From Octopus sinensis (taxonomy: Eukaryota), in the NCBI RefSeq assembly GCF_006345805.1, contig NC_043019.1, positions 5,765,360-5,829,359 of the forward strand: a DNA stretch of 64,000 nt, written 5' to 3'. The first letter of the stretch is position 1; each line of letters opens with the position of its first letter. A model generated the notes under the pieces. It saw nothing but the letters and a program-made list of their open reading frames with translations. It was not told the origin of the DNA and did no database searches. Made by a program: the position numbers and the translations under genes. Below are positions 50,791 to 62,690 of the stretch, piece after piece.

Positions 50791-51361
50791 TTTCTATCTT
50801 GTATTTAAGAACTATTACATATCCTTCAAGACAATAGTGGTGTAATTTGAGGGAGATTTGGTTGTTATTTCTAATAAGTCATGTGACCACATTGGGGCCT
50901 CCTTATTGGCTGAAATATCACTGTTATAACAATCGTCCTTCAAATGCCTTGTTCATATGGTTGATATCAATATTATTTTGACTAACAATTTATTGAACAA
51001 CATTGAAAACAAGTACCAGTTAAATATTGGGGGACGGGGCTCGATGTTATCGACTCATCTGCTCCTCAAAATTTGTTAGCCTCACAGCAAAATTTGAACC
51101 CAATATTAATCTATCTATGATACGTCGCTTAGGAAATGTATACTTTAATTAATAATTTAACAAAATAAATCACTGAGTTTAATTAATTAGCAAAACCTCT
51201 ACTACATGTATTGAGTACTTCATGTCTTGTTTTGTATACATGCATGCATACACACACATGGTCAACACTGCTGTTAAGTCTATGTACTTACCTGTTGTTA
51301 TGGCAAGATGATGTAATTATATTTTCCTACATACTTATTTTATTCATTAACAGCAACCTCT

Positions 51362-51395
<34 letters not shown>

Positions 51396-52225
51396 TGGTA
51401 TAATTCTTCACTGTAACCAGCAGAACAATTTACAAATGGGATCATTTGTTGACTTTTAATGGTAAATTCTATTCCACTTACAGGAAATTTGCCCTGGAGT
51501 CCTATCCAGGTTTACATTTATCTCTCATCTCTGGCAACTGAAGATAAAACCCAGCTAAGTGGACAAGGATTAACCCTGATGTGAAACAATAAATTATTTC
51601 ATACATTGAAGCAAATCCACATAACATAACACACAAAATACTACTAAGCATTTTGCCCAGCATGCTAACAATTCTGCAAGCTCCCCAACTTAAACAAACA
51701 GCAACAATATCAGAGACACAGGCAGTTAGATGTTTGTTAGAGTAGAAAGAGTGGTAGATAGATAGGAATACGTTAGAGATAGTGGCAGTTAGAGAGATGT
51801 ATGTTAGAGGAGGCAGAGTAGAATCAGTAACAATACAGCTGCACATAATAGTAAAATGTAAGTAAAAATGAAACAAACTATGAATTTTATTTACAAGAGC
51901 CAGGAAGAACTTTAATAAAATAAGGTAACTTTGATGAGTGAGATATGTTCTGGGGAGATAAGGGTAAGTTTACTTGATCATTGAGTGAAAGGACCAGTTT
52001 TCATGGGGGATAAACTTGCTTTGTCAGGGTTGAGCTGATTTATAAAAACAACCTATAAAAAAACCTTACAAAAAACTCTTACAAAAACAACTGATTGTGG
52101 AAACAGCAGTTGAAGCAGAGTATATGTGAATTCGATGTGGCCTCATCTGCCTGATGGGTAGAATGTAAATCTGTGGGACATTCAATTCTGTATCCTTCAA
52201 TAGGCAGAAAGATAAGATCACTTAC

Positions 52226-52386
52226 CTGGTCCTTCATAATTCTTTTTGAACTCATCATTAATCGCAGTCCGGTTGACTTTTTCCAAAGGGCTCCGGGCCT
52301 CTGGAGACTGGCACTGAAGTACAATCTGTGCTGGGATGTGGATTACTGGGAGAGTCTTAGAACGCTGCAGGGTACGTCCTTTAATT
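52226..52386 (-). CDS. Candidate 161-nt internal exon (IKGRTLQRSKTLPVIHIPAQIVLQCQSPEARSPLEKVNRTAINDEFKKNYEGP), product unknown
   Basis: Canonical acceptor tttttatcttttgcag, donor CAG|gtaagt, single open frame, GC-richer unique sequence. Confidence 0.55.
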
Positions 52387-52504
52387 CTGCAAAAGATAAA
52401 AAGGTACATATAGACTTTATTTGCTGTGAAGGGGTTGCAAAATCGATGACAAGGGTGGGCCAGAAAGAAAGAGACAAAAAATACGAGAGTGAATGAGATT
52501 TGTA

Positions 52505-52750
52505 TCATCATCATCGTTTAGCGTCCGCTTTCCATGCTAACATGGGTTGGATGGTTCAACTGGGTCTGGGAAGACAGGGGCTGCACCAGGCTCCAGTCTG
52601 ATCTGGCAGTGTTTCTACGGCTGGATGCCCTTCCTAACGCCAACCACTCCGTGAGTGTAGTGGGTGCTCTTTACGTGCCACCCACACAGGTGCCAGACAG
52701 AGCTGGCAAACGGCCATGGACGGATGGTGCTTTTTACGTGCCACGATGGC
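52505..52750 (-). mobile_element. Family D element
   Basis: Homology to other D copies. Confidence 0.8.
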
Positions 52751-52869
52751 ACAAAGAAATATCTAAATGGGCTGAGCATAAATACTGGCCATGAAAGTTG
52801 GAAATATATGCATATGTGTGTGTGTGTCTATGGTTTGTACAAAGCATTGGGCTGGTTTCCCAGTTTCTC

Positions 52870-53055
52870 AGGCATATATATTCCTCCCTGGATAGGATGC
52901 TGGTCCGTTACAGGATCACACGTGTTGAACAGCTGAGTTGACTGGAGCAACATAAAAGGAAGCGTTTTGCTCAAGAACACAACACATCATATGATCCAGT
53001 AATCACAATCATCTTATGTTCATGGGTCCAACACCCTAACCATTAAGCCATTTAC
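52870..53055 (-). mobile_element. SINE G/H-type fragment, degenerate
   Basis: CAGCTGAGTTGACTGGAGCAAC...TGCTCAAGAACACAAC. Confidence 0.6.
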
Positions 53056-53419
53056 CTCCACACACACACACACACACACACACAGAGCAAATTTCTAAAT
53101 AGCTTCTGTCTACCAAATTCCATTACAAGGTATTTGACAAAATACACACACACGTGTTTTTATCAATGATTTCTCCCCACTCCACCCATATTTAGTCCTT
53201 TCTGTTTAGCTTGGAACAATAATCTTCCAAAATTTATCAAGATTTCCAAACCTTTTCAGTTTTAACTTCCAAATGACCCCAGTGCTTTTCTTGTTGCATT
53301 TTCTAGTCAGCAGCAAAGGATCATGGTAATGTTATTAATAATTTCATCATTGCCAGATTTTAAATCTTAGACAAATTAGTTTCATCCTCATTATAGCTTA
53401 TTATATGTGTACTGTGTTG

Positions 53420-54290
53420 TAGTTTGTATTTTGGTAACAAAAGGCCTCTTTTTCAGAGTGAAAGACAAATTTATGATGCTTGTGTACAAACAGCAATGTT
53501 ATTTAGTTGTGAAACCCAGGCTGTGAGTACAGAAGACATGACAAAGACTAGACAAAAATGAAACTAGCATGTTCCACGGGATGTGCAACATCAGTTTGTT
53601 TGTATGACAAAATATGAGTTGAGAGAGAAAAATTGGGCACAAGGAGCATCAAGTGTGGTGTGCAAGGAGAGAAGATTGTGTTAGTTTGGTCAAGTGATGC
53701 ATATTGATGAGAACAGCCGCATATAGATGTGGATGGAACATGTGGAAGAAAGAGAGCCAAAAAGATAAAGGGTGAAGTAGTAAAGGCGGCGAGCTGGCAG
53801 AATCGTTAGCATGCCAGGCGAAATGCTTAGCGGTATTTCGTCTGCGTTACGTTCTGAGTTCAAATTCCGCCGAGGTCGACTTTGCCTTTCATCCTTTCGG
53901 GGTCGATAAATTAAGTACCAGTTACGCACTGGGGTCGATGTAATCGACTTAATACCTATGTCTGTCCTTGTTTGTCCCCTCTATGTTTAGCCCCTTGTGG
54001 GTAATAAAGAAATAGGTATTTCGTCTGCCGCTACGTTCTGAGTTCAAATTCCGCCGAGGTCGACTTTGCCTTTTCATCCTTTTGGGGTCGATAAATTAAG
54101 TACCAGTTACGCACTGGGATCGATGTAATCGACTTAACCCCTTTGTCTTTCCTCATTTGTCCCCTCTGTGTTTGGCCCTTTGTGGGAAGTAAAGAAATAA
54201 GTAATGGCTTATCTCAAGATGCTGAACCTTGTGAAAGAGTGGACAAAAGACTGAAATGATTGGTCAAAAAACTGTACTTGGAAGACTCAG
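53420..54290 (+). pseudogene. Decayed RTE-clade LINE 3' region (second family), split by a SINE B dimer
   Basis: YDACVQTAMLFSCET.AV; EASM..MCN; ERRL..FG.VMHIDE; resumes after 54205 (LKMLNLVKE.TKD). Confidence 0.7.
53786..54200 (+). mobile_element. SINE family B dimer (B1+B1)
   Basis: Complete head GGCGGCGAGCTGGCAGAATCG, then two cores. Confidence 0.9.
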
Positions 54291-54559
54291 CCATCTCAGT
54301 CAAAATGAGGTCCATCCTCCACAACTCATCTTCCCGCATCAGTCGTATAACACTCTTCCTTCCATAACTCTTCTAACTATGGCATTATTTATTTAAATGT
54401 TGTAAATGTAATGCTAATACTGTCCCTTATTATCGTCTCCTCCTTCCTAACCCCACCCCTATTATCTTCATTTCCCATTCGCTTGATATTCATCATTGGC
54501 CACACCTCCATTTGGGTGCCCTGCTCACTGCATACCCCTCAATCCCATCAATCAAATGC

Positions 54560-55430
54560 CTTGCAGAAAGCTTCACCATAAGTCATTTGTGTATAGCAGA
54601 GAATTAAATACTTTCGTAAGTTGAGATAGATAAAATCCCCACCATGGGCCACGATCTGTAATTCAGTTGATGTCTTCAAGAAATTCAATGATCTGATTAC
54701 TGCAGCTGGAATTAGGAGTAAATCCAAATTGTGAGGTTGAGTTAGGTTATGAGAATTCCACTGGGTCTCTGATACAAGTCTCCATCAATTTTATCAATTT
54801 AATGATATGGCAAGAGAGCCTGACTCATCAGCAACTGACAGTTGATGTGTCAGACTCTCTTTTCAAACAGGAATGGGATGCTGGCAATTTGTTTAAAACT
54901 GAAAGAGGAGTAAAAGCTGATACGATAGAATGAGGCCCCCACATCTGAGAAGCAGACAGGTAACACCATCAAGACCCGAGGAAGCATAGTTGCCCATGAG
55001 CTTGAGGGGGCATTGGGTGGAACATTTCAGGTGTAAAATACACATTTCAGGTGTAAAATACATTTCAGGTGTAAAATACATTTCAGGTGTAAAATACATT
55101 TCAGGTGTAAAATCAGGTGTAAAAGCTGATACAGTAGAAAGAGGCCACCACATTTGAGAAGCAGACAGGTAACACCATCAAAACCTGAGGAAGCATAGTT
55201 GCCCATGAGCTTGAGCTGGCACTGGGTGGAACATTTCAGGTGTAAATTCAAAAGATGTTCTGGATTTTAGGGTCAGTAATGGTAGAGATGGCACATTTGA
55301 AGTTTCAACAGTAAAAATGCCTGCATCATATACAATGAGTTCTGCACATTCTTTGTGATCATCAGTAATTTAACCGGTGGTGGGACTGTGGAGGGTCTGC
55401 ACACACTTCCAGAATGAACTACTCATCTAG
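54560..55430 (-). pseudogene. Decayed CR1-like RT fragment with an internal duplication
   Basis: SSGFDGVTCLLLKCGG (twice); KLMETCIRD; QFGFTPNSSCSNQIIEFLEDI, homologous to the 43.2-43.6 kb copy. Confidence 0.75.
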
Positions 55431-55439
55431 GCTGGTTGT

Positions 55440-55476
<37 letters not shown>

Positions 55477-55920
55477 GTTTAACATCCGCTTTCCATGCTA
55501 GCATGGGTTGGACGATTTTGACTGAGGACTGGCAAACCAGATGGCTGCACCAGGCTCCAATCTTGATCTGGCAGAGTTTCTACAGTTGGATACCCTTCCT
55601 AACGCCAAGCACTCCGAGAGCGTAGTGGGTGCTTTTTACATGCCACCAGCACAGGGGCCAGTCAGGCGGTACTGGCAATGACCTTGCTCGAATCCTTTTA
55701 CACATGCTACCAGCACAGGTGCCAATAAGGCGACTTTGGTAATGATCATGCTCGAATGGTGCCCTTTTATGTGCCACTGGCACGGAAGCCAGTTGGCTGC
55801 TCTGGCAACGATCATGCTTGGATGGTGCTCTTGGCACTCTACTAGCACAGACACAAGTGCCAGTAAGGCGACGCTGGTAACGATCACGCTCGAATGGTGC
55901 CCTTTAAGTGCCACTGGCAC
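55440..55920 (-). mobile_element. Family D element with 4-5 hairpin units
   Basis: Homology to other D copies. Confidence 0.85.
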
Positions 55921-56845
55921 GTTGTTCAAATTTAGGTTCTACTCTTGTAGTCATTTGTTTGATAGAATTATGTGTTGTTATGCCTCCTTTGTTGTAGGTA
56001 ATCTCTTTTCACACTCTGTATTGTGCCATTCTCTTCTGGCAAGCAAGAACTGCCATAGCCTTCCAAATTTGCACTTAGCAGATTTCTTGTATGTTTACTT
56101 GACATCAACAACAACAACAAAAACCAATAACAACAGAATGAGTAAGTTTTTTTTTTCTCTGACACAAGCATCTCTAGCTTACCCCCACCCATAACCTTTT
56201 CAATGAAAGAATACAATTTTCTCTAAAATGTCTTGGAGGCAAACTTGCTGCCATTCACAAAGTTGCATAATGGAATTATTTCCAGGATTCAATGAATGAA
56301 CCCCAGAACTGACGAATATACATTTTATAGGAATTTGTCTTTGAGCAATGATTTCTGAATATATTGGCACTGTTGTTGTTGTTGTTGTCGTTGTTTCATG
56401 AATGAATTAAATGAATGAAATAAGAAATATAAATGATTTCCAAATTGCTACAACTGCTTTGAGTTGAAATGATTGAACAATAATGATTGGAAGATAAACA
56501 AGATTAGAGTTCAGTATGTATCAAAGAAACTGGCATTCGGGGGAAGATTTTCTGGGATCGCTGAAGAACTACGAGTGACATATTGCAGTGACAGCAGATT
56601 CAAGTCATTAATGCGTTGTATCAGGAAGAAAATCTTGTGAAAGCTGGCTGACTTGATAAAATTTCAAACTGCCAATGGATAGGTGGATGGTTTGTGTCAG
56701 AGGTGATACGGTGTATTCTAGGTCTTGTGTATTCTTGTCTAAAATACTTCTACAGAACACAGAATGGAACGACTTATAGTAAAAACTAAGAGTAGTGATT
56801 GGATAGACTATGGGTTCAGGTCCACTTGTATTAAAGTTTGATGGA

Positions 56846-57630
56846 GTATAACAGTGGCTATGACCAGAGTCGGAATAACAGAGTCGGAATAACAGAATGG
56901 GAATAACAAAGCAGGAATAACAGAGTGAGAATAACAAAGTGGGAATGACAGAGCAGGTATAAAAGAGTAGGTATAATGGTGGGAATACTAGAGTGGGTTT
57001 AACAGAGGAGGAATAACAGAGTGGGAATAACAGGATGGATATAGCAAGATGGGCATAACAGGGTGAGTATAACAGGGTGGGTTTAACAAAGTGGATATAA
57101 CAAGGTAGATATAACAAGGTGGGTAAAACAGGGTGGGTATAACAGGGTGGAAATAGCAAGGTGGATATAACAAGGTGGGTATAACAAAGTGGGTATAACA
57201 GGATCGATATAACAAGGTGGGTATAGTAGGGTGGGTATAACAGAGTGGGTATAACATGGTGGGTATAATAAGGCAGATATAACAAGGTGGGTAAAACAGG
57301 GTGGGTATAACAGGGTGGGTGTAACAGATTGGGTATAACAAGGTGGGTATAATAAGGCAGATATAACAAGGTGGGTAAAACAGGGTGGGTATAACGGTGT
57401 GGGTATAACAAGGTGGGTATAACAGGATTGATATAACAGGTGGGTATAGTTGGGTGGGTATAACAGATTGGGTATAACAAGGTGGGTATAATAAGGCAGA
57501 TATAACAAGGTGGGTAAAACAGGGTGGGTATAATGGTGCATTAAACAGAGAGTGCATAACAGGGGGGGTATAACGGTGGGTATAACGGTGGGAACAACAG
57601 AGTGGCTATAGCAGAGTGGGAATAACAGTG
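56846..57630. repeat. G-rich minisatellite, unit of about 14 bp (TATAACAAGGTGGG) with higher-order repeats
   Basis: Direct reading; explains ORFs 56608-57727. Confidence 0.92.
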
Positions 57631-57892
57631 TAATATCATATATATTTGATAATGTGATATCAAACGTTGTACAGCCAGTAATATTACAATCAACAAACAG
57701 CATCAAAACCATCAAAAATTTCAACAAGAAAATCTCTCAGAATCAATAAAATACATAGAAGACATTTTGCTTCGTTTACATCTCTACTTTTGTCTGGTGT
57801 GTATCCCTGATGTACTCAGATAAACATCTACCCTGAAGTAAATCCACAAAATAGACAAAATCTGATGTAGCTTAGAAAAAACACATATATTA

Positions 57893-58305
57893 AAGGCGCA
57901 GGAGTGGCTGTGTGGTAAGTAGCTTGCTAACCAACCACATGGTTCTGGGTTCAATCCCACTGCGTGGCATCTTGGGCAAGTGTCTTCTGCTATAGCCCCA
58001 GGCCGACCAATGCCTTGTGAGTGGATTTGGTAGACGGAAACTGAAAGAAGCCTGTCGTATATATGTATATATATATATGTGTGTGTGTGTGTGTTTGTGT
58101 GTCTGTGTTTGTCCCCCTAGCATTGCTTGACAACTGATGCTGGTGTGTGTTTACGTCCCCGTCACTTAGAGGTTCGGCAAAAGAGACCAATAGAATAAGT
58201 ACTTGGCTTACAAAGAATAAGTCCCGGGGTCGATTTGCTCGACTAAAGGCGGTGCTCCAGCATGGCCGCAGTCAAATGACTGAAACAAGTAAAAGAGAGT
58301 AAAGA
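57893..58305 (+). mobile_element. SINE family A, full length
   Basis: Homology to family A. Confidence 0.9.
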
Positions 58306-58484
58306 GAATATGAAATAAACACAAACATATATATATATACTCTTATTTGTTTAAATGTTTCAGTGTTAAGGCTGTGGCCAAGCTGGAGCACAATCAGTAT
58401 AATCACCCTTTCCATGGCCATTCTTGGTGAAGGAGGAAGTTGGACATTGCAGCCCTCCTTTGTTTATGTCTCTATATATATATA

Positions 58485-58713
58485 CTCTTTTACTCTTTAC
58501 TCTTTTACTTGTTTCAGTCATTTGACTGCGGCCATGCTGAAGCACCGCCTTTGGTCGAGCAAATCGACCCCGGGACTTATTCTTTGTAAGCCCAGTACCT
58601 ATTCTATCGGTCCCTTTTGCCGAACCGCTAAGTGACAGGGGACGTAAACACACCAGCATCAGTTGTCAAGCAATGCTGGGGGGACAAACACACACACACA
58701 AACACACACACAT

Positions 58714-58750
<37 letters not shown>

Positions 58751-58910
58751 TACGACAGGCTTCTTTCAGTTTCCGTCTACCAAATCCACTCACAAGGCAT
58801 TGGTCGGCCCGGGGCTATAGCAGGGGACACTTGCCCAAGATGCCACGCAGTGGGACTGAACCCGGAACTGTGTGGTTGGTTAGCAAGCTACTTACCACAC
58901 AGCCACTTCT
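58485..58910 (-). mobile_element. SINE family A, full length
   Basis: Homology to family A. Confidence 0.9.
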
Positions 58911-58914
58911 GTGC

Positions 58915-58946
<32 letters not shown>

Positions 58947-59458
58947 TTATATATGTCTATCTATCTATCTATCTATCTATCTATATATATATATATACAT
59001 ATATATACACACACACATACACAAACGTATATACTGAACTACAACTTCCCTAGTACATATATTTGAAGTTCTACATACTTCTTTGCAAGTGTGTATTGCA
59101 TATAAAGAATTTCTGATGGTTGGGTGAATAATAATAAAGATGATGGTTATGAAAAGAGTGACGTATGATTTCACCATTACTGCTTCCATTGTAGAAATGC
59201 AAATATTATCTCCAAAACATAAGTATAGTGGAAATATGTTTTATTCATGTTAATAATTCTGGCTGAATGGGAAAGAGAATTTTTCAAGCCAATGATATGA
59301 GTCTCACTGGATTTGAGGAGATAATAATACTTGATAGGAGAGATTTCACATCTAAAAACATGTTAGTATGTATGTGGTTATGTGCTCCTCTCTGTACCGT
59401 TCTGTGGTTCTTAATATATAGATAAATAGATAAATAGTTAGAAAGATCTGTATTTGCA

Positions 59459-59489
<31 letters not shown>

Positions 59490-59754
59490 CCATGTGTATA
59501 CACATACATAAATATATATACATATATAAACATACATCTATGTATATATGTAGATTGCCTTCGAAACGTGAAGTAGATGAAACGGTTTTTTTATGTTCTG
59601 TACCTATATATGCATGAATATATACATATATATGTAGGTATGTACATATATGTATGTATATATGCATATATTCATATATCATTTATATTATACATATATA
59701 CATATATATATACATACATACATACATACATACATACATACATACATACATACA

Positions 59755-59785
<31 letters not shown>

Positions 59786-59834
59786 GTGCATGCATACATA
59801 CATACATATTCCTCAATATATATACATATACATA

Positions 59835-60186
59835 CATCATCATCATCATCATCATCATCATTTAACGTCCGCTTTCCATGCTAGCATGGGTTGGACGGTT
59901 CAATTGGGGTCTGGGGAGCCCGAAAGCTGCACCAGTCCAGTCAGATCTGGCAGTGTTTCTACAGCTGGATGCCCTTCCTAACGCCAACCACTCCGAGAGT
60001 GTAGTGGGTGATTTTATGTGCCACCGACACAGGTGCCAGACGAGGCTGGCAAACGGCCACGCTCAGATGGTGTTTTTTATGTGCCACCGACACAGGTGCC
60101 AGACGAGGCTGGCAGATGGCCACGCTCGGATGGTGTTTTTATGTGCCACCGACACAGGTGCCAGATGAGGCTGGCAAACGGCCAGT
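59835..60186 (-). mobile_element. Family D element with three near-identical 62-63 bp units
   Basis: Units start at 60016, 60079 and 60141. Confidence 0.88.
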
Positions 60187-60311
60187 ACATACATACATAC
60201 ATACATAAATATATATATATACTACTGCTCTATTCTTTAGAGTGTGCCTCTTTTCTGATATGTTTCATTAATTAGTTAATTAATTAACGTATATAGATAT
60301 GTATATGTATG

Positions 60312-60346
<35 letters not shown>

Positions 60347-60616
60347 GCGAGAAAGAAGCAACAAGAATGGATAGGTTTTTAGTACAATCGTTTCATACAA
60401 GGACAGGCTTTATTAAATGTTGCAAAAATTACAGCATACAAACGCGTCCCATACTCATCAGCTAAAATACATGTGAGTTCTCTAGACATCCTAGTGGTTG
60501 AGGCTATACTCATGAAGTAATGTAGATAATTAAGTAACATAAACAGATTTCCAAAGTTCATTAAAGTTCTTTAAAGATGATGTACAGTCTTATCACAGAA
60601 TTTTAAAAAAGTTTTA

Positions 60617-60910
60617 ATAGCATCACAGAGAAGGTGACCTAATCCATAGTGCACATATGAATTTCCAGAGATTTGAGGAGGGATTACATACTCACAGACG
60701 ACAAATTTATCCATTGTTAATCACAACGAGGTGGGTCTCAATTCCTGCTTATTAGCATTACAGAGAGGGTGAATTAATCCTTTGTATAGATGCACAATTT
60801 CCAATGGTGTAGATGTAAATTTCCAGAGAAATGAAGAGGAATTTCATATTCATAGGCGATAAATTTATCAATGGTTGAACACAATGAGGTAGGTATCAAT
60901 TCTTGTTATA
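60617..60910. repeat. Diverged tandem duplication (about 135-160 bp)
   Basis: TAGCAT.ACAGAGA.GGTGA..TAATCC...AATTTCCAGAG...AAATTTATC...GAGGT.GGT occurs twice. Confidence 0.7.
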
Positions 60911-61004
60911 TGCTTAGGTATTTGCCACATTAATCACATTACTGCTATTTACAAGAGGCTGTAGCTATTTAACTTTTAAAGGCTGAAGGGCTTTCTAGAG
61001 ATGC

Positions 61005-61190
61005 AAATAACAGAAAAGGGAAGGGAAGAGAAGAAAAGAGAGAAAATAAAGGAGGAGGGAGCAAAAAGGGGGGGAAGGGGGACTAAAAGAGAAGAGAAAA
61101 GGAAAAAGAGAATAAGAAGAAGAAAAAGAAAAAAGAGAAAAGAGAAAGAAATAGGGAAAGAAGGGAAAAAAAGAAAAAGAAAAAAAGAGG
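61005..61190. repeat. Polypurine (A/G) low-complexity tract
   Basis: Direct reading. Confidence 0.9.
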
Positions 61191-61805
61191 GTTCTAGTTA
61201 TACAGAAGAATTAGTAGACGGCAAGTCTGGTTTTAATTTACAGGCATCTAGGAACTAGAGGAGAATATTACTCTTTGACCAGTAAAACAGCTAATTTATT
61301 GCTGTTGAAATCAGCTATGAATTTAAAGAGAATCTAAAGAGATAACACGGTCAGGGGTTTAGGAGTCAGAGGCTAAAATCAAAAGAAAATACATTAGGAA
61401 AATCTAAGTATAATCTTATCAAAAAGTCATTCAAATTTATTTATTTTATTTATTCATTTTATTGTCTTAAGGAGTTGCCGTTATTATTCATACATTGACG
61501 GACTACAGGTCAAATCTTAGAAGATCATTAACAAGGTGTTAGGGAATTGTCTATCATAATGAAGATAATCATATTATCACCTTATTTATTTAATTTTGAA
61601 ATAGAATTATGGGGCTTTAGTAACTCATTTTATTTTATTAAAGTTATGCTACTTAAATTAGATTAAGTTAAGAATTAAAATTAAAAATTACAATTAAGAT
61701 TTAAAATTAAGATTTAAAATTATGAGTTTGAGATTAAATAAAGCCTCAATTAAGCAGCGTATAAGTACTATTCATTTCCCTGTTCTCAACACACATACAT
61801 ATGTT

Positions 61806-62215
61806 GTCGTCGTCATCATCATTTAATGTTTGCATTCCATGCCAACATGGGTTGGACGGTTTGACTGAGGACTGGTGAGCCAGTAGGCTGCACCAGGCTC
61901 CAATCTGATCTGGCAAAGTTTCTACAGCTGGATGCCCTTCCTAACGCCAACCATTCCAAGAGTGTAGTGGGTGCTTTTACATGCCACCAGCACGAGGGCC
62001 AATCAGTCGGTTCTAGCAACGACCATGCTCAAAGGTACTTTTACATGCCACCTGCACGGGAGCCAGTCCAGCAGCACTGGCAATGACCACACTCAAATGT
62101 TGTTTTTTCACATGCCACCGGCGCATGTGCCAGTAAGGTGACACTGGCAACGATCATGCTCGAATGGTGCTTTTTACATGCCACCGGCACAGGGGACAAT
62201 CAGCTGCCCTGACAA
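61806..62215 (-). mobile_element. Family D element with four hairpin units
   Basis: Homology to other D copies. Confidence 0.85.
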
Positions 62216-62344
62216 CGACACTGTATTTTAATGTGTATAAATTAATTTTGGGGGCTTAAAATTTGGAAAAAAATTTTGTAAGGGATTAGGTAAATTTTGA
62301 TAAGTCCACCCACACTTATCAAGTAATGCATTTCGTTTTTGTGT

Positions 62345-62556
62345 GAGGAGAGAAAGAGAGAGAGAGAGAGAGAGGGGGGAGAGAGAGAGGGGGGAGAGAG
62401 AGAGAGGGAGAGAGAGAGGGAGAGAGAGAGAGACTCTGGATATAGTAAGAAAGAAAGGGCCTTCTATGAAAGAGAAGGGAGACATAAATGAAATTAGAAA
62501 TATCTTAAATGATACTGAGATGTTTTCATCTCTCTCTCTCCTGCTCTGTATTTCTG

Positions 62557-62611
<55 letters not shown>

Positions 62612-62638
62612 CTCTTTCTCTGTATTTCTCTCTTTCTC

Positions 62639-62689
<51 letters not shown>

Positions 62690-62690
62690 A
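62345..62690. repeat. (GA)n, (TC)n and (CA)n microsatellites
   Basis: Direct reading. Confidence 0.92.

Noticed and set aside
56300-56345. CTGACGA at 56309-56315 with a TATA/TATA stem and GAAT
   Set aside because: A15.1 is missing, stem II closure is mismatched and stem I is only about 3 weak pairs, so chance is plausible.
56608-57727. ORFs of 189-290 aa rich in Tyr/Pro/Thr
   Set aside because: They are fully explained by the 14-bp minisatellite, and several overlapping frames are equally open.
58663-59053. Recurrent ORFs such as MSSNARGTNT...RQASFSFRLPNP and ...CPRCHAVGLNPEPCGW
   Set aside because: They are antisense translations of SINE A, and recur only because the SINE does.
61001-61258. 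K/R/E-rich 85-aa ORF
   Set aside because: It is the translation of a polypurine tract.
55625-62215. Family D repeat units with variable inserts as a CRISPR array
   Set aside because: The context is eukaryotic, there are no cas genes, the units are degenerate, and they are part of a dispersed (GAT)n-tailed retroelement.
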